From positions 81,530,001 through 81,594,000 of the forward strand of contig OZ336881.1 of the NCBI GenBank assembly GCA_965287045.1: a stretch of DNA of 64,000 bases. The letters are read 5' to 3'. Each line of letters opens with the position of its first letter. The stretch's first letter is position 1. Below are positions 47,454-60,280 of the stretch, one piece after another. The notes below the pieces were generated by a model that did no database searches, had not been told where the DNA came from, and was given only the letters and a program-made list of their open reading frames with translations. The translations under genes were made by a program, and so were the position numbers. This DNA is from Carcharhinus amblyrhynchos (lineage: Eukaryota).

Positions 47454-48526
47454 GCTTCAGGCTGTAAATATTTGATTTCTGCACAGCTTCTGTGATTCTT
47501 AATCACCCTGTGCAATTTTTAAAGTATCTTTCATGGGATGTAGACGTCGCTGGCTGGGTCAGCATTTATTGCCCATCCCTAACCGCCCTCGAGAAGGTGG
47601 GGTTGAGCCACCTTCTTGAATTCTGTGGTGTCAGCTCACCCACAGTTAAGGAGGAGCTCCAGGATTTTGACCCAGCAACAGTGACGAAACGGTGATACGT
47701 TTCCGAGTCAGGGTGGTGCGCGCTAGGAGGGGAACTTGCAGGTAGTGGTGCTCCCATCTCCAACGGTGCAGCACCTCCTCAGTGCTACGCTGGAGTGTCA
47801 GCCTTGACTTCTGTGCTCCGGTACTGGAGTGGGACCTGAACCTAGAACCTTCGACTCAGAGGCAAGAGTGCTTCAACTGAGCCACAGCTGGCAAGGCTAA
47901 CCTCCAGCTGGCAAGGCTAACCTCCAGCCAGGTTAGATTTGCGGGTGATTTATTTGGCCTCGGTGCTCAAGGATTAGGGTAGGGAGAATCAATTAGAGTC
48001 AGGCACTCTCAATTACTTCCCACAGACTCCCAGCTGAACACAGATGGATATACAATGTGTGCGAGGGTATTAGGGGCATGTGGCCAGCCGACATTCAGGC
48101 TTGCACCCATTTGGGAGTCTGCCAAGGGAATGCGTCTACGGGCACCACAGAACAGAACCCCGGCGAGGACCAACGGCTTGAAGGGAAGGGTGGGTGGAGG
48201 GGTGGGGCTGGCAGTAGGCAGGGACTAAAAGCAGTCGATAGAAGCAGCGGTGGGCAGTGGGTGACGAAGCAAAACGCAACATCAAGCAATCGGTGGCTGC
48301 CGCTGTGAGTCAACATAAAAGGGCAGCATCGTCTCATCGACAGGCACACAAAGTGCGGTGCCGGGCAATGGGACGGAAGAGGCTGCAGGGACCCAGTGGC
48401 GGGGTTGGGGGGGGCGGGGGGGGGTGCGGGGTGGGGCGGCGACGGATCAGGGTCTACGAGGGACTGCAGACATGGCCGAGACAAGCAAAGCAGATTGCCG
48501 AGCCGGTGTGTGGCGTGTGTGTGTAC

Positions 48527-48586
48527 CTGGTTCTTCCATGAAGTCAAGTGGCAGCAGAGACTAAGGCAACTTAAGAAGTTATGTTG
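48527..48586 (-). CDS. NHSL1: Candidate NHSL1 alternative 60-nt cassette exon QHNFLSCLSLCCHLTSWKNQ
   Basis: long polypyrimidine tract plus ctccAG, CAG|GTacac donor, phase 0-0 within a phase-0 intron, no stop; CCHLTSW resembles CCHMTPW of the NHS alternative exon at the same position. Confidence 0.7.
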
Positions 48587-49837
48587 CTGGAGGTAAAAGA
48601 ACAGAACAGAGGAAAGAAAGAACAAAAGAAAGAGTGACTAAAATAACTGCAGACAAAGAAACAGAAGTGCAGTTAAAACCACCCACATCAGTCAGAGAGC
48701 TGTAAAGATAAACATATCATTTTTTTTTACCTGGTTAATCCCTTTGTAAAGAACTTGATAATGCCCGATTGAATGTGTTAGAACACAGCACTACACACTT
48801 GCTCCACAAAGGTCAACAGACTATTTAAGGGATTTTAAACGCAGCTTTAGAATTTTGATTTTAGCACTGAGAAAATGCTTAAAGTCTGTCCTCAGCGATA
48901 AATGTGCAGGAGGTTTAAATATAATCTATGCCAAACTGAAACCCTCCACTCAATCTTGGGGTTTGATGACTGCAGGAGGAGCAGTCAGTGCTCTCCCCAG
49001 TTGCCTTCATAGAATCCCTACAGTGTATAAGAGGCCATTTGGCCCATCGAGTCTGCACTGACCACAATCCCACCCAGGCCCTATCCCTGTAATCCTACAC
49101 CTTTACTCTAGCTAGCTCCTCCTGATACTAAGGGGCAATCTAGCATGGCCAATCCACCTAACCCGCACATCTTTGGACCGTGGGAGGAAACCGGAGCACC
49201 CAGAGGGAACTCATGCAGGCACAGGGAGAACGTGCAGACTCTGCACAGACGGTGACCCAAGCCGGGAATCGAACCTGGGACCCTGGAGTTGTGAGGCAGC
49301 GGTGCTAACCACTGTGCCACCCCTTCGGGACATTAAGCATCAACCACGTAGTGTGGGAGTGGACTTGGCTGTAAGCCTGGCCACAGATACGGGCCAGAGG
49401 TTCCCCACTCTGAAGGACAGAAGCGAACCAGTTATTCACTTTTAAAACCCGCCCTGGGTGAGATCTAAATGAGTAACCGTCCAGGGCTGCTAGTCCAAGA
49501 TTATAACCAGAGCCCGACCTTACTCCTCAAGGTGGAGAGAAAGATTTGCATTAATATAACATCTTTAATAACCACCACAAGGTACCTGACAGCCAGCGCG
49601 GTGCTTTGGAAGTGCAGTTGTTGTTGTAACGCAGAAACACAGCAGCCAATTTACACACAGCAAGCTCCCACAAACAGCAGTTTGATAGTGACTGATAACT
49701 CTGTGATACTGAGAGAGGATTGGCCCCGGACACTCAGGAAAACTCCCTACTCTTCTTCAGAATAGGCCCATTGCATCTTTTCCACCCACTCGAGAGAGCA
49801 GGCACAACCTCAGGTTAAACTCTCATCTGAAAGACAG

Positions 49838-50365
49838 CGGCACAGTGGGTTAGCACCGCTGCCTCACAGCGCCAGGGACCTGGGTTCGATTCCCGGCTTT
49901 GGGTCACTGACTGTGTGGGGTTTGCATGTTCTCCCCGTGTCTGCGTGGGTTTCCTCCGGGTACTCCAGTTTCAAAGAACAAAGAAAATTACAGCACAGGA
50001 ACAGGCCCTTCGGCCCTCCAAGCCTGTACTGTCCATGCTGCCAGTCTAAACAAAAACCTCCTCCCCTTCCGGGGACCATATCCTTCTATTCCCATCCTAT
50101 TCATGTATTTGTCTCAATGTCTCTTAAAAGTCATTATCGTGTCCGCTTCCACTATTTCCTCCAGCAGTGAGTTCAAGACACCCACCACCCTCTGTGTAAG
50201 AAGTCCCATAGTCCAAAAAACATGCTGGTTAGATGCATTGGCCAAGCTAAATTCTCCTTCCGTGTCCCCAAACAGGCGCTGGAGTGTGGTGACTAATGGA
50301 TTTTTGTGATAACTTAATTGCAGTGTTAATGTAAGCCTATTTGTGACAATAGTAAATAGACTTTA
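49838..50365 (+). mobile_element. Alternative-tail V-SINE interrupted by an antisense CR1 3' fragment (about 49973-50200)
   Basis: SINE breaks at ctccagtttc and resumes at tcccatagtccaaa. Confidence 0.82.
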
Positions 50366-50980
50366 AATGTTGACACTGCCGCCCTCTCTCAGTGCTGCAC
50401 TGGAATATCAGCCTTGATATTTTTATGCTTTGGACTCAGGGTGCTACTAACTGAGTCACAGAGTCCCGACAATAAGACATCAGCTTGAAATGCTGACTCT
50501 GTTCCCCTCTCCACAGATGCTGCCTGACCTGCTGAGTATTTCCACAGTATTTTCTTGTATCTCAGGTTTTGAGCATCCGCAGGATTTTGCTTCTTGCGTT
50601 GGCGTCTTACTGATATTGGGTCGATGAAAGATTTCATGAATTGGAAATTGTCGGGGATTGAGGGGAGGAGTTGAGCAAGTGAGGTCATCCTAGCTCTGCA
50701 CTCTCAAACGTTCATTAATTTTAACTGAACCGCACTCCAAGGACACTTCCTCTCTCGCCTGAGTATGGGCTGAAATATAACGCAAATTATTCCGTTTAAC
50801 GTCCCCACTCAGCATCCATTCTCGGAGAGTCCAGGCTGGCACACTAATCACCACCCCACACACACCCCTCCCAACGTGATGTTACAATCCAATGTCCTTC
50901 ATTAGGTTACGGATGCTGTAACAAGGGGGGAAAAAATTCTCAACAGAAATGCCTTGCAAAGGGTTTTTAGTCAGACTTAC

Positions 50981-51108
50981 TATTTGCTCTTGATCTTCCT
51001 CCTCATCCAGGCAACTTGCAGAGAGATGGGATGAAGACGAGGCGAATACCGGGTCTTGTGAGTAGTACTGGGAACTGCGAAGACCATCCTTCCTTAGCCT
51101 ATCGCAGT
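50981..51108 (-). CDS. NHSL1: NHSL1 coding exon
   Basis: ctacAG/GTaagt; DCDRLRKDGLRSSQYYSQDPVFASSSSHLSASCLDEEEDQEQI; 128 nt, phase 1 to 0. Confidence 0.93.
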
Positions 51109-51254
51109 CTGTAGACACACAGGAAGAACGAGAGAGAAAGAGAGTCTGAGAGAAGACTGGGTGTAAATTGCAGCATCTGTTAGAATCAAAACCAATTCAG
51201 CCTTTGTTAAAATTCACAGCGATGCTTTTTAAAGTTTAAAAAAAAGAGTTTATT

Positions 51255-51545
51255 CATTGGTTTATTTTAGTAGTGTCACAAGTAGGCTTACATTAACACT
51301 GCAATGAAGTTACTGTGAAAATCCCCTAGTCGCCACACTCCGGCACCCGTTTGGGTACACTGAGGGAGAATTTAGCACGGCCAATGCGCCTAACCAGCAT
51401 GTCTTTAAGACTGTGGGAGGAAACCGCAGCGCCTGGAGGGAACCCATGCAGACACGGGGAGAATGTGCAGACTCAGCACAGACAGTGACCCAAGCCGGGA
51501 ATCGAACTTACGTTCCTGGTTCAAAGTGCTAACCACTGTGCCGCC
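51255..51545 (-). mobile_element. Alternative-tail V-SINE
   Basis: reverse complement of head, core and tgtgacacta tail. Confidence 0.85.
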
Positions 51546-51681
51546 TGTAATGTCCAGTGTTCCCGACTGGCACTCAGCATCTCACCCACCAGCAATCAGG
51601 GTTTCCAACACAGCTGCTGATATTCAGTCATCAACATACCAATGTAAGCCTGCTTGCAACACTAATAAAATAAACTTTAAA

Positions 51682-52605
51682 CAAAGAACAAAGAAAATTA
51701 CAGCACAGGAACAGGCCCTTCGGCCCTTCAAGCCTGCACTGACCATGCTGCCCCCTACCCTTCTGGGGCCCATATCCCTCTATTCCCATCCTATTCATGT
51801 ACTTGTCAGGATGCCCCTTAAAAGTCACTACCGTATCTGCTTCCACTACCTCCCCTGGCAATGAGTTCCAGGCACCCACTACTCTCTGTGTAAAAAAACC
51901 TGCTTCGTACATCTCCTTTAAACCTTGCCCCTCACACCTTAAACCTGTGCCCCCCTAGTAATTGACTCTTCCACCCTGGGAAAAAGCTTCTGACTATTCA
52001 CTCTATCCATGTCTCTCATAATCTTGTAGACTTCTATCAGGTCACCCATCAACCCTTGTCATTCCACTGAGAACAAACCAAGTTTCTCCAACCTCTCCTC
52101 ATAGCTAATGCCCTCCATACCAGGCAACATCCTGGTAAATCTTTTCTGTACCCTCGCCAAAGCCTCTACCATCCTTCTAGTAGTGTGGCTAACAGAATTG
52201 AACACTATATTCCAAATGCGGCCTAACTAAGGTTCTATAAAGCATTAACATGACTTTGACAATTTTTAAACTCAATGCCCCGGCCAATGAAGGCAAGCAT
52301 GCTGTATGCCTTCTCCACCTGCACTGCCACTTTCAGTGACCTGTGTACCTGTATACCCAGATCCCTTTGCCTATCAATACTCCTAAGGGTTCTGCCATTT
52401 ACTGTATATTTCCTATCTGTATTAGACTTTCCAAAATGCATTACCTCACATTTGTTAAGATTAAATTCCATCTGTCATCTCTCCGCCCAAGTCTCCAACT
52501 GATCTATATCCTGCTGTATCCTCTGATGTTCCTCATCGCTATCTGCAAATCCACCAACCTTTGTGTTGTCTGCAAACTTACTAATCAATCCAGTTACACT
52601 TTCCT
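51682..52605 (-). mobile_element. CR1 LINE fragment
   Basis: MEFNLNKCEVMHFGKSN...QRDLGIQVHRSLKVA; FFTQRVVGAWNSLP. Confidence 0.9.
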
Positions 52606-53109
52606 CCGTTGACACTGCAGCCCTCCCTCAGTGCTGCACTGGAACATCAGCCTTGAATTTTTTATGCTTTCATGCTGTGGTGATCTATCTTGCCTTGGGT
52701 GGTACCAACAAGGCTGGGATTTTCTGGTCCTACCAGCCAGTGGGATCATCCTGTCCCTCTGAAGGCAAACCCCCGGGTTCTCTGGCAGCTTGGTGGGCAA
52801 GGCATACAAGATGCTGTAGACTTCAGCGGGACTGGAAGATGGTGGTCAATGGTGAGGCGACTCCACCGCTGGGAAACACGCCACAGGGGAGCTGGAAAAT
52901 CTTGCTCAGATTCCATACAAGATCTCAGATTCAGTCTCCTGAACCAGGGCAGTGTGAAACTGCTGGAACTGGCATTGGTGCCACTCAGCAAGACCTGGGT
53001 GGGGTTGAGGTGATTGAATCCCACACAGGCAGGTCCTTTATTGGGTATATTGATATCAATCACACTTAAAGCCAACAGCTTTGAATGCCTTTGAGGGTAA
53101 ATTTGATTA

Positions 53110-53535
53110 CAGAACAGGAACTGCAAAGGGTTGTGAATGCAGCCCAATCCACCACACAAACCAGCCTCCCATCCATTGACTCTGTCTACACTTCCTGCTG
53201 CCTCAGAAAAGCAGCCAGCGTAATCAAGGACCCCACGCGTCCCGGACATTCTCTCTTCCACCTTCTTCCTTCGGGAAAAAGATACAAAAGTCTCAGGTCA
53301 CGTATCGACGGATTCAAGAACAGCTTCTTCCCTGCTGCCGTTGGACTTCTGAATGGACCTACCTCGCATTAAGTTGCTCTTTCTCTACACCTGGGCCATG
53401 ACTGTAACACTACATTCTGCGCTCTCTCCTTTCCTTCTCTGTGAACGGTATGCTTTGTCTGTGCAGCGCGCAAAAAACAATACTTTTCACTGCATACTAA
53501 CACATGTGACAATAATAAATCCAATCAGATCAAAT
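53110..53535 (+). mobile_element. Rex1/Babar-like LINE 3' end
   Basis: LQRVVNAAQ...LPSIDSVY...IKDPTRPGHSLFHLLPSGKRYKSL...FKNSFFPAAVGLLN, then tail tgtgacaataataaat. Confidence 0.8.
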
Positions 53536-55464
53536 TAAAAACTTGCTACCACAAGCAGTCAAGGCAAACAGCAGGGATGCATTTAAGGGAAAGTCGGATA
53601 AACACGCAGGGGAAGGAGGAATAGAAGGATATGCTCGTCAGGTTGAGGGGAAGTGGAGTGCGAGGAGGTTCATGTGGAGAATAAACATCAGAATGGGTCT
53701 GCTGGGCCCAGCGCTCTGATCAGACTGTAGGATTCATTAATCAACCCGTCCTGTATCTGTCTTTTCGGGTTATGTACTTCTGTGGGTCATTCCCGGCTTG
53801 CTGTGACTTTGAAATTTATCGAGCGGCAGAAGGTGCTTGAAAGCTCATTAATCCCTTTCAGATGGAATTACTGGGAGTAAGCTGCATTAATTTACAGATG
53901 AGGAGGAGACAACATTCCGTCTAGCACGAGACCCCAGGGGAGGAGGTGGTTTTTAGTATAAATGTACCATTAACCCGGTGTGGGCAAGGGATGGAGGAAT
54001 ATGAGGATGGAGCAGCAGGTGGGGTTCCCGTCCCAGTCCAGGGGTGGACTACAAAGGTTAAGGCTGACACTCGCAGTGCAGCACTGAGGGGGGAGGGGGC
54101 TGCAGTGTCAGAGGTGCTGTTAAATCGATGGCTCTGCCTGCACTACTATTCTGAAGAAGAGTAGGGGAATTAGTTATCTGCGTGCCTTAGCCAATCACCC
54201 CTCAACGGACATCACAGAAACGGGTGACCTGGTCGCCACCGCAATGCTATTTGTGGGAGTTTGAAAATTAGCTGCCCCGCTCCCTCCATTCCTAATTAAT
54301 CATTTGAAATATTCGCCACGGGGAAAATGGCAGGGGAGTGGTGCTGGGGCAAATTACTTGTTCAGAGGGCCAGAACTAACATGATGGGACGAATGGCTTC
54401 CTTCTGTGCTGTTACTATTCTGTGATTCTACAACAGTCACTATTTAAAAAGCACTTTGTAGAATTAAGAGGGGTTTTTTTGTGTCTAGGGAGACACGATG
54501 CAGAAAAAGCCCAGGCTTCTATCTGTTTCCAAAGCTGGTTTTTCCTGGAACGGGTCACTAACTTGTTGCCACTCCAGGACATTCTCCCACCTGATTATCA
54601 GGTATACAGAAGGATCCATTGCTTGATACTCATCCTGTTTTGACTGTGTTATAAACGCACCTCCCATGGTCATCTTGTCCTGAGATGGGACTTGAACCTG
54701 GGGCTTCTGGCTCAGATGCAGGGATGCGACCCACTGCCCTCCAAGACCTTGCTCAGAAGAAGTTAATTGGCTGTAAGGTGCTTTGAGGTGTCATGAAATG
54801 AGTTCAATATCTGTAAGTCTGTCTTTCACGGAAACAGCCGTACCCCTGTACTAAACCAGGGCAGAAGCTGGATATTCTAGGAGCAGTTCAACTCTTGCCC
54901 TCCACGAAGCCTGAAGTCAGGGGTGTGATGGAACATTCTTGCTTGTTACATTGCTGTTGCAACAACACCCTAGAGGGTCAACACTGTTCAAAATGGTCCC
55001 GTGCCCCTGGCATTCAACATCCACCCCCTCCAGCATCGTGTACTGTGGCTACAGCCTGTACCACAATCAACTTAGCAAGGTTACAGTGACAGAGCTGCCC
55101 TTTGCAGGATCTGTTTGAGAATGCAGTTTTTATTAATAAATAGCTTGGCTATTCCTCATAATAAAAAAGTTTATTGAAATGTCACAGCCGAGCGCTGGTC
55201 GATTTATCAAGAAATCAATGGTGTTACAGCGGTGAGCTCAGTATTCAGGGTCTAACCCTTGTCTGAGCCTCAATTCATGTATCAGTTCACTGCTGTTAGT
55301 CATTTCTTTGGTTGCAATTATGAATTGAAATGTCCTGAAAGGTGTGCTGAACAAGGCTCCATAACTCCTGCTCACACGCTGCATTTTACATCACTAAACT
55401 ACAGAACATGAACAATGGGGAAAACAGTTCCGTGTTCCACAAGGCAGTACCACCTCTGTCTTCT

Positions 55465-55950
55465 GGATATGGAAGCTATTGAGAGGGTGCAGAGGAGATT
55501 TACAAGGATGTTACCTGGATTGGGAGGCATGCCTTATGAAGATAGGTTGAGGGAGCTAGGTCTCTTCCCCCTGGAGAGACGAAGGTTGAGAGGCGACCTG
55601 ATAGAGGTTTATAAGATGTTGAGAGGTATAGACAGGGTGGATTCTCGGAGGCTATTTCCCAGGGCTGAAACGGTCGCTCCGAGAGGACACAGGTTTAAGG
55701 TGCTGGGGAGTAGGTACAGAGGAGATGTCGGGGGTAAGTTTTTCACTCAGAGGGTGGTGAGTGAGTGGAATCGGCTGCCGTCAGTGGTGGTAGAGACAAA
55801 CTCGCTGGGGTCTTTTAAGAGACTTCTGGATGAGTACATGGGATTTAATGGGATTGAGAGTTATAGATAGGCCTGGTAGGTATGGATATGATCGGCGCAA
55901 CTTGTGGGCCGAAGGGCCTGTTTGTGCTGTAGTGTTCTACGTTCTATGTT
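55465..55950 (+). mobile_element. CR1 LINE 3' fragment, intact frame
   Basis: DMEAIERVQRRFTRMLPGL...FFTQRVVSEWNRLP; gttctat repeat tail. Confidence 0.9.
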
Positions 55951-58194
55951 CTCTTTCACGTGGGTGCAATCTTTTCTCTCTTCTTTCTGTCGATCACTCT
56001 CTGTCAGTCACTCTCTGTTGCTGGCACAATCTCTCTCTGCCTTGCATTCTTTGTCAGACGCGCCCTCCCTCTCTGTCGTGCCCTCTCTGTTGTGTCCTCT
56101 TTCTGTCGCGTGCTCTCTCCCCATCGTGCACTATCTCCGTTGCATCCTCCCTGTTGCGTTCTCTTTCTGTAGCGCACTCTCTCTCCATCACGTTCTCTTT
56201 CTGTCGCATGCTCTCTCTGGCCCGCTCGGTTGCTTTCTCTCTGTCAGTCACACCTTCTGATTCTCTCCTACCTCCAGTTGCTTTGCCTGTGTATCTCACA
56301 ATTAAATGGCATCTCCCGGTTTCTGACCCAATTTCCACGCAGTCCCAACTGCTGAAATTGTTCTGCTTGGTGAAGGATGGCCTCGGGGAGGGGAGGGCAG
56401 CGTACACAGCTGATTCATGCCTTTGCTAACTCTCGACTTGACCATTCCAGTCTCTCCCACAGTCCACCCTCCGTAAGCTCATCCAAAACCCTGCTGATTT
56501 GTGTCCTCACTTGCAGCAAGTCCCGTTCCCTATCACCCCTGTGCTCTTGGACTTGGATTGGCTTCTGGTTAAGGAATGTTTGGATTTGGAAATTCTCATC
56601 CACGTTTTCAGATCCCTCCATGGCGTCACTCCTGATCTGTGTAATCTCCTCCAGCTTCACAACCTGCAGAGCTATCTGTGCTCTGCTAACACTGCCCTCC
56701 TGTGAACCCCTAACTTCAATCGCTCCGTCATTGGCTGCTTTTAGACCCTAAGCTCTGGAATTCCCTCCCTACACCTTGCCACCTCTCAGCCTCACTTTCC
56801 TGCTTAAAACCTGCCTCTTTGACTGAGCTTTTGATCATCTACCCTCATATCCCTTACATGGCTGGGTGTCATATGTTGTTTTATAATGTCCCATGGAGCG
56901 TCATAACGTGATTTATTACATAAAGGCTCTATAACATGAACTGTTACTGTTTGAGGGTGACACTGGGAAGCGGGCGCAAATCTTGTTCTGTTGAAGCCAT
57001 TACCAGGAGCAGTATGGTGGCACAGTGGTTGGCACTGCTGCCTCACAGCACCAGGGACCCAGGTTCGATTCCCGGCCCGGGTCACTGTCTGTGCAGAGTC
57101 TCCCCGTGCCTGCGTGGGTTTTTTCCCAGTCTGAAAGATGTGCTTGTTAGCTGCACTGACCGTGCCAAATTCTCCCTCAGTGTACCCGAACAGGCACCGG
57201 AGTGTGGCAACTAGGGGATTTTCACAGTAACTTCATTGTAGTGTTAATGTAAGTCTACTTGTGTGATACTAACAAATAAACTCCAAACTTTACCACAATG
57301 TGACGACTCTCTCTGAGGGCGCCCCTAACAGGACCCTCTTGTACGGGCAGGGCTGGCTGCTGTGATACAATTAGCAGATCTGGCAGTGAATTTACAGCCG
57401 TTCTTTCACACCCAGCTGCTGTCTGGATGAGGTAAAGCTGTGTTACATCGAGACCCCTTCCCTGCAACCCCCTCCCACCATCACTTCTCCCGGGCATATG
57501 TTGGAGCGGGGAATGCCGACACAAGGCTGCTGAGCTGGCGAGCTGGCCTCCTTCAAACAGTCCCTTTGTGCAAATGCCAGAGAAAGGAGGGAGATAAATA
57601 GTGAGCTGCGTGGCAGTGTGACAGCTGGAGCAGCGCGCTCAGAGAATTGAGCCAGACAGACTCTCCCTGACCTTCTGCACAAAGACCAACTCACGTCTGG
57701 AAACAAAAACAAAGTTCTGGGCTGAAAACCCCCCTGACAGCTGTGGCATCTACCCTTCGCACTGAAGGCACACATACCCCCGCCCCCCAGTCTCCCCCTT
57801 TTGTTTGCCACTGAAGGAATTTTCAGCCACAGGAACTGCTGTTGGACGTGGCTCAGTGGGTCGTCTCGCAGTCAGAGTGTCGCGGGTTCAAGTCCCACTC
57901 CAGGTATTTGTGCGGCTCACCCAGCCTGTTACACTGCAGCGCACAGGAGGGTGCTACACTGTCGGAGCTGCTGCTGCCCAAATACTGTCTGCTCATTGAG
58001 GTGCTACAAAAGATCCTACAGCCACTGTTCTTAAAGCAGCGGCAGGACTGTTCTTTCCAGATACTCAGGCAATATTTATCACTCAACTGTGAGCACTGTT
58101 TGTGAGGGCGCGTTGTGTCCAAATAGATCCTATTTCCTACACAGGGTAAAAGCTCTTTATCGGCTCACTCACTGTTTTCCCCTGACCGGGACGG

Positions 58195-58735
58195 GGACTC
58201 GTCTGGGACAGAAAGTCATCTGGGATGAAGACTCGCTATTTCCATCATCTGTGATGGAGACTTGTCCGGGACGAAGGTGTGTCATTCCCTGCGTCTGGGA
58301 TGGAGACTGGTCTGGGATGAACACTCATTGCTTGCAACTTCTGAGATGGAGACTCACTGCTCCCCATGTCTGGGACAGAGACTCGGCTGTTCCCCATGTC
58401 TGGGATGGAGACTCAGCTGTTCCCTATGTCTGGGATGGAGACTCAGCTGTTCCCCATGTCTGGGACGGAGACTCGGCTGTTCCCCACATCTGGGACAGAG
58501 ACTCGGCTGCTCCCCATGTCTGGGACGGAGACTCATTGTTCCTCCTGTCTGGGACAGAGACTCGGCTGTTCCCCATGTCTGGGACGGAGACTCATTGTTC
58601 CTCCTGTCTGGGACAGAGACTCAGTTGTTCCCCATGTCTGGGGTGGACACTCATTGTTCCCGGTGAATGGGACGGAGACTCGCTGCTCCCCCTGTCTGGG
58701 ATGGAGACTCACTGTTCCCCGTGCCTGGGACAGAG
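58195..58735. repeat. 28-30 bp minisatellite GAGACTCGGCTGTTCCCCATGTCTGGGACG
   Basis: direct inspection; decays at both ends. Confidence 0.9.
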
Positions 58736-59372
58736 TCTTGCTGTTCCAGGACCCCCTTTTCTGCGCAGGATTGCAGACTGAAGGCATGGACTGTGAGAAC
58801 TGTCTATAAGCAGGTTCCTTCCACAGACACTGGCGACAGTTAGCTTCCTAACCAGAGGAAAACACATCTTGTGGGTTCTTGTGATCTGGAATGTGCTGCC
58901 TGAAAGAACAGAGCAAGCAGATTCTTCAGCTTGTAAAAGAGAAGTGGATAAATACTTGAAGGTGAAAAATATACTGGACCATGGGGGAAAAGAGCTGAGG
59001 TAGAGGGTTAAGTGGATAGTTCTACAAAGCAGCTGAATAAACACACGCTGTCAGGAATCATTTGGTGATTCCAAACTAAATGCTTGTTGACTTTGGTTCA
59101 GGTTGAAGTTTGACTCAATGGTGATGCTTCATGTAGTGGAACAGCCTGTAGAGAAGCACTATGAACTCCCGCACGTGGAGGCAGGCAGCAGAGAGGGGAG
59201 ATGAATGGCTACGGAAACAAGACGTGGGGAGGCTCGATCGATTCAGCAAGGTTGTTGAGACTACCAGGCGATAGCACTGCAGCATCTAAAGGAGTGGGTG
59301 TCTTAGTGTGAGGGTCGTGGGTGCGTTGTTAAGGGACTGGAACGGTAAGCTCTGTCAGTTCTTGAGTAATGA

Positions 59373-59373
<1 letters not shown>

Positions 59374-59414
<41 letters not shown>
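59374..59414. repeat. Poly-G run of 41 nt
   Basis: direct count. Confidence 0.95.
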
Positions 59415-59416
<2 letters not shown>

Positions 59417-59937
59417 CTCTGCTGTAAACTGGGAAGTGCCGAGTCACTGCAGAAAGCACTCAGTTCTTGAGGCTCTTTCCTCTTCCTGTCAGTGCTCCCC
59501 GCTGGTTTATGAGTTTACAGAGCAGGTTGGTCCATGTGACAAAGGGAAGTCGGTGAAGGGGACATTCTTCATGACAGTAGGGGGCGAGGGCCAAAGGAAT
59601 GTGAGAGCACACCAGCCCATTCCGATGCTAATTGGCTCCCCTGATCATTGGAATTTGTAGCCCGTGCTGTGAAACTGAATCCCTCGAAACGCACGGTTCA
59701 TTTTCACATCTCTCTCGCTAACCTGCAGTGTTGGTGTGTACACGCCATCACGTGTACAGTTCTATCCCATCCGACCATTCTCAATCACGGTGACTCACGT
59801 GGCCCTGTTTATCTTGTGCTGTTACGTGACACGGTGGACGAGTGGCAGACACACATTCTCCGTCCGTCCACCGCACTCCGTTGTCCAGACAAGCCCCAAG
59901 TCCTGACTGAATTCACAAAGTCCACACTCCACACCAC

Positions 59938-60280
59938 AGAATCATAGAAACCCGACAGTGCAGAAACAGGCCCTTCAGCCCATCGAGTCTGCACCGACCA
60001 CAATCCCACCCAGGCCCTATCCCCATATCCCTACACATTTACCCGCCAATCCCTCTAACCTACACATCCTGGGACACTAAGGGGCAATTTTTCAGCATGG
60101 CCAACCCACCTAACCCGCATATCTTTGGACTGTGGAAGGAAACCGGAGCACCCGGAGGAAACCCACGCAGACACGAGGGGAATGTGCAAACTCCCCACAG
60201 ACAGTGGCCCGAGCCGGGAATCGAACCCAGGTCCGTGGAGCTGTGAAGCAGCAGTGCTAATCACTGTGCTACCATGCTGC
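59938..60280 (-). mobile_element. HE1-like V-SINE, full length
   Basis: head, core and CR1-type tail on -; further - copies at about 49008-49320 and 61262-61558. Confidence 0.9.

Noticed and set aside
59374-59414. 41-nt poly-G as a functional element
   Set aside because: Homopolymer length is unreliable and may be a sequencing artefact
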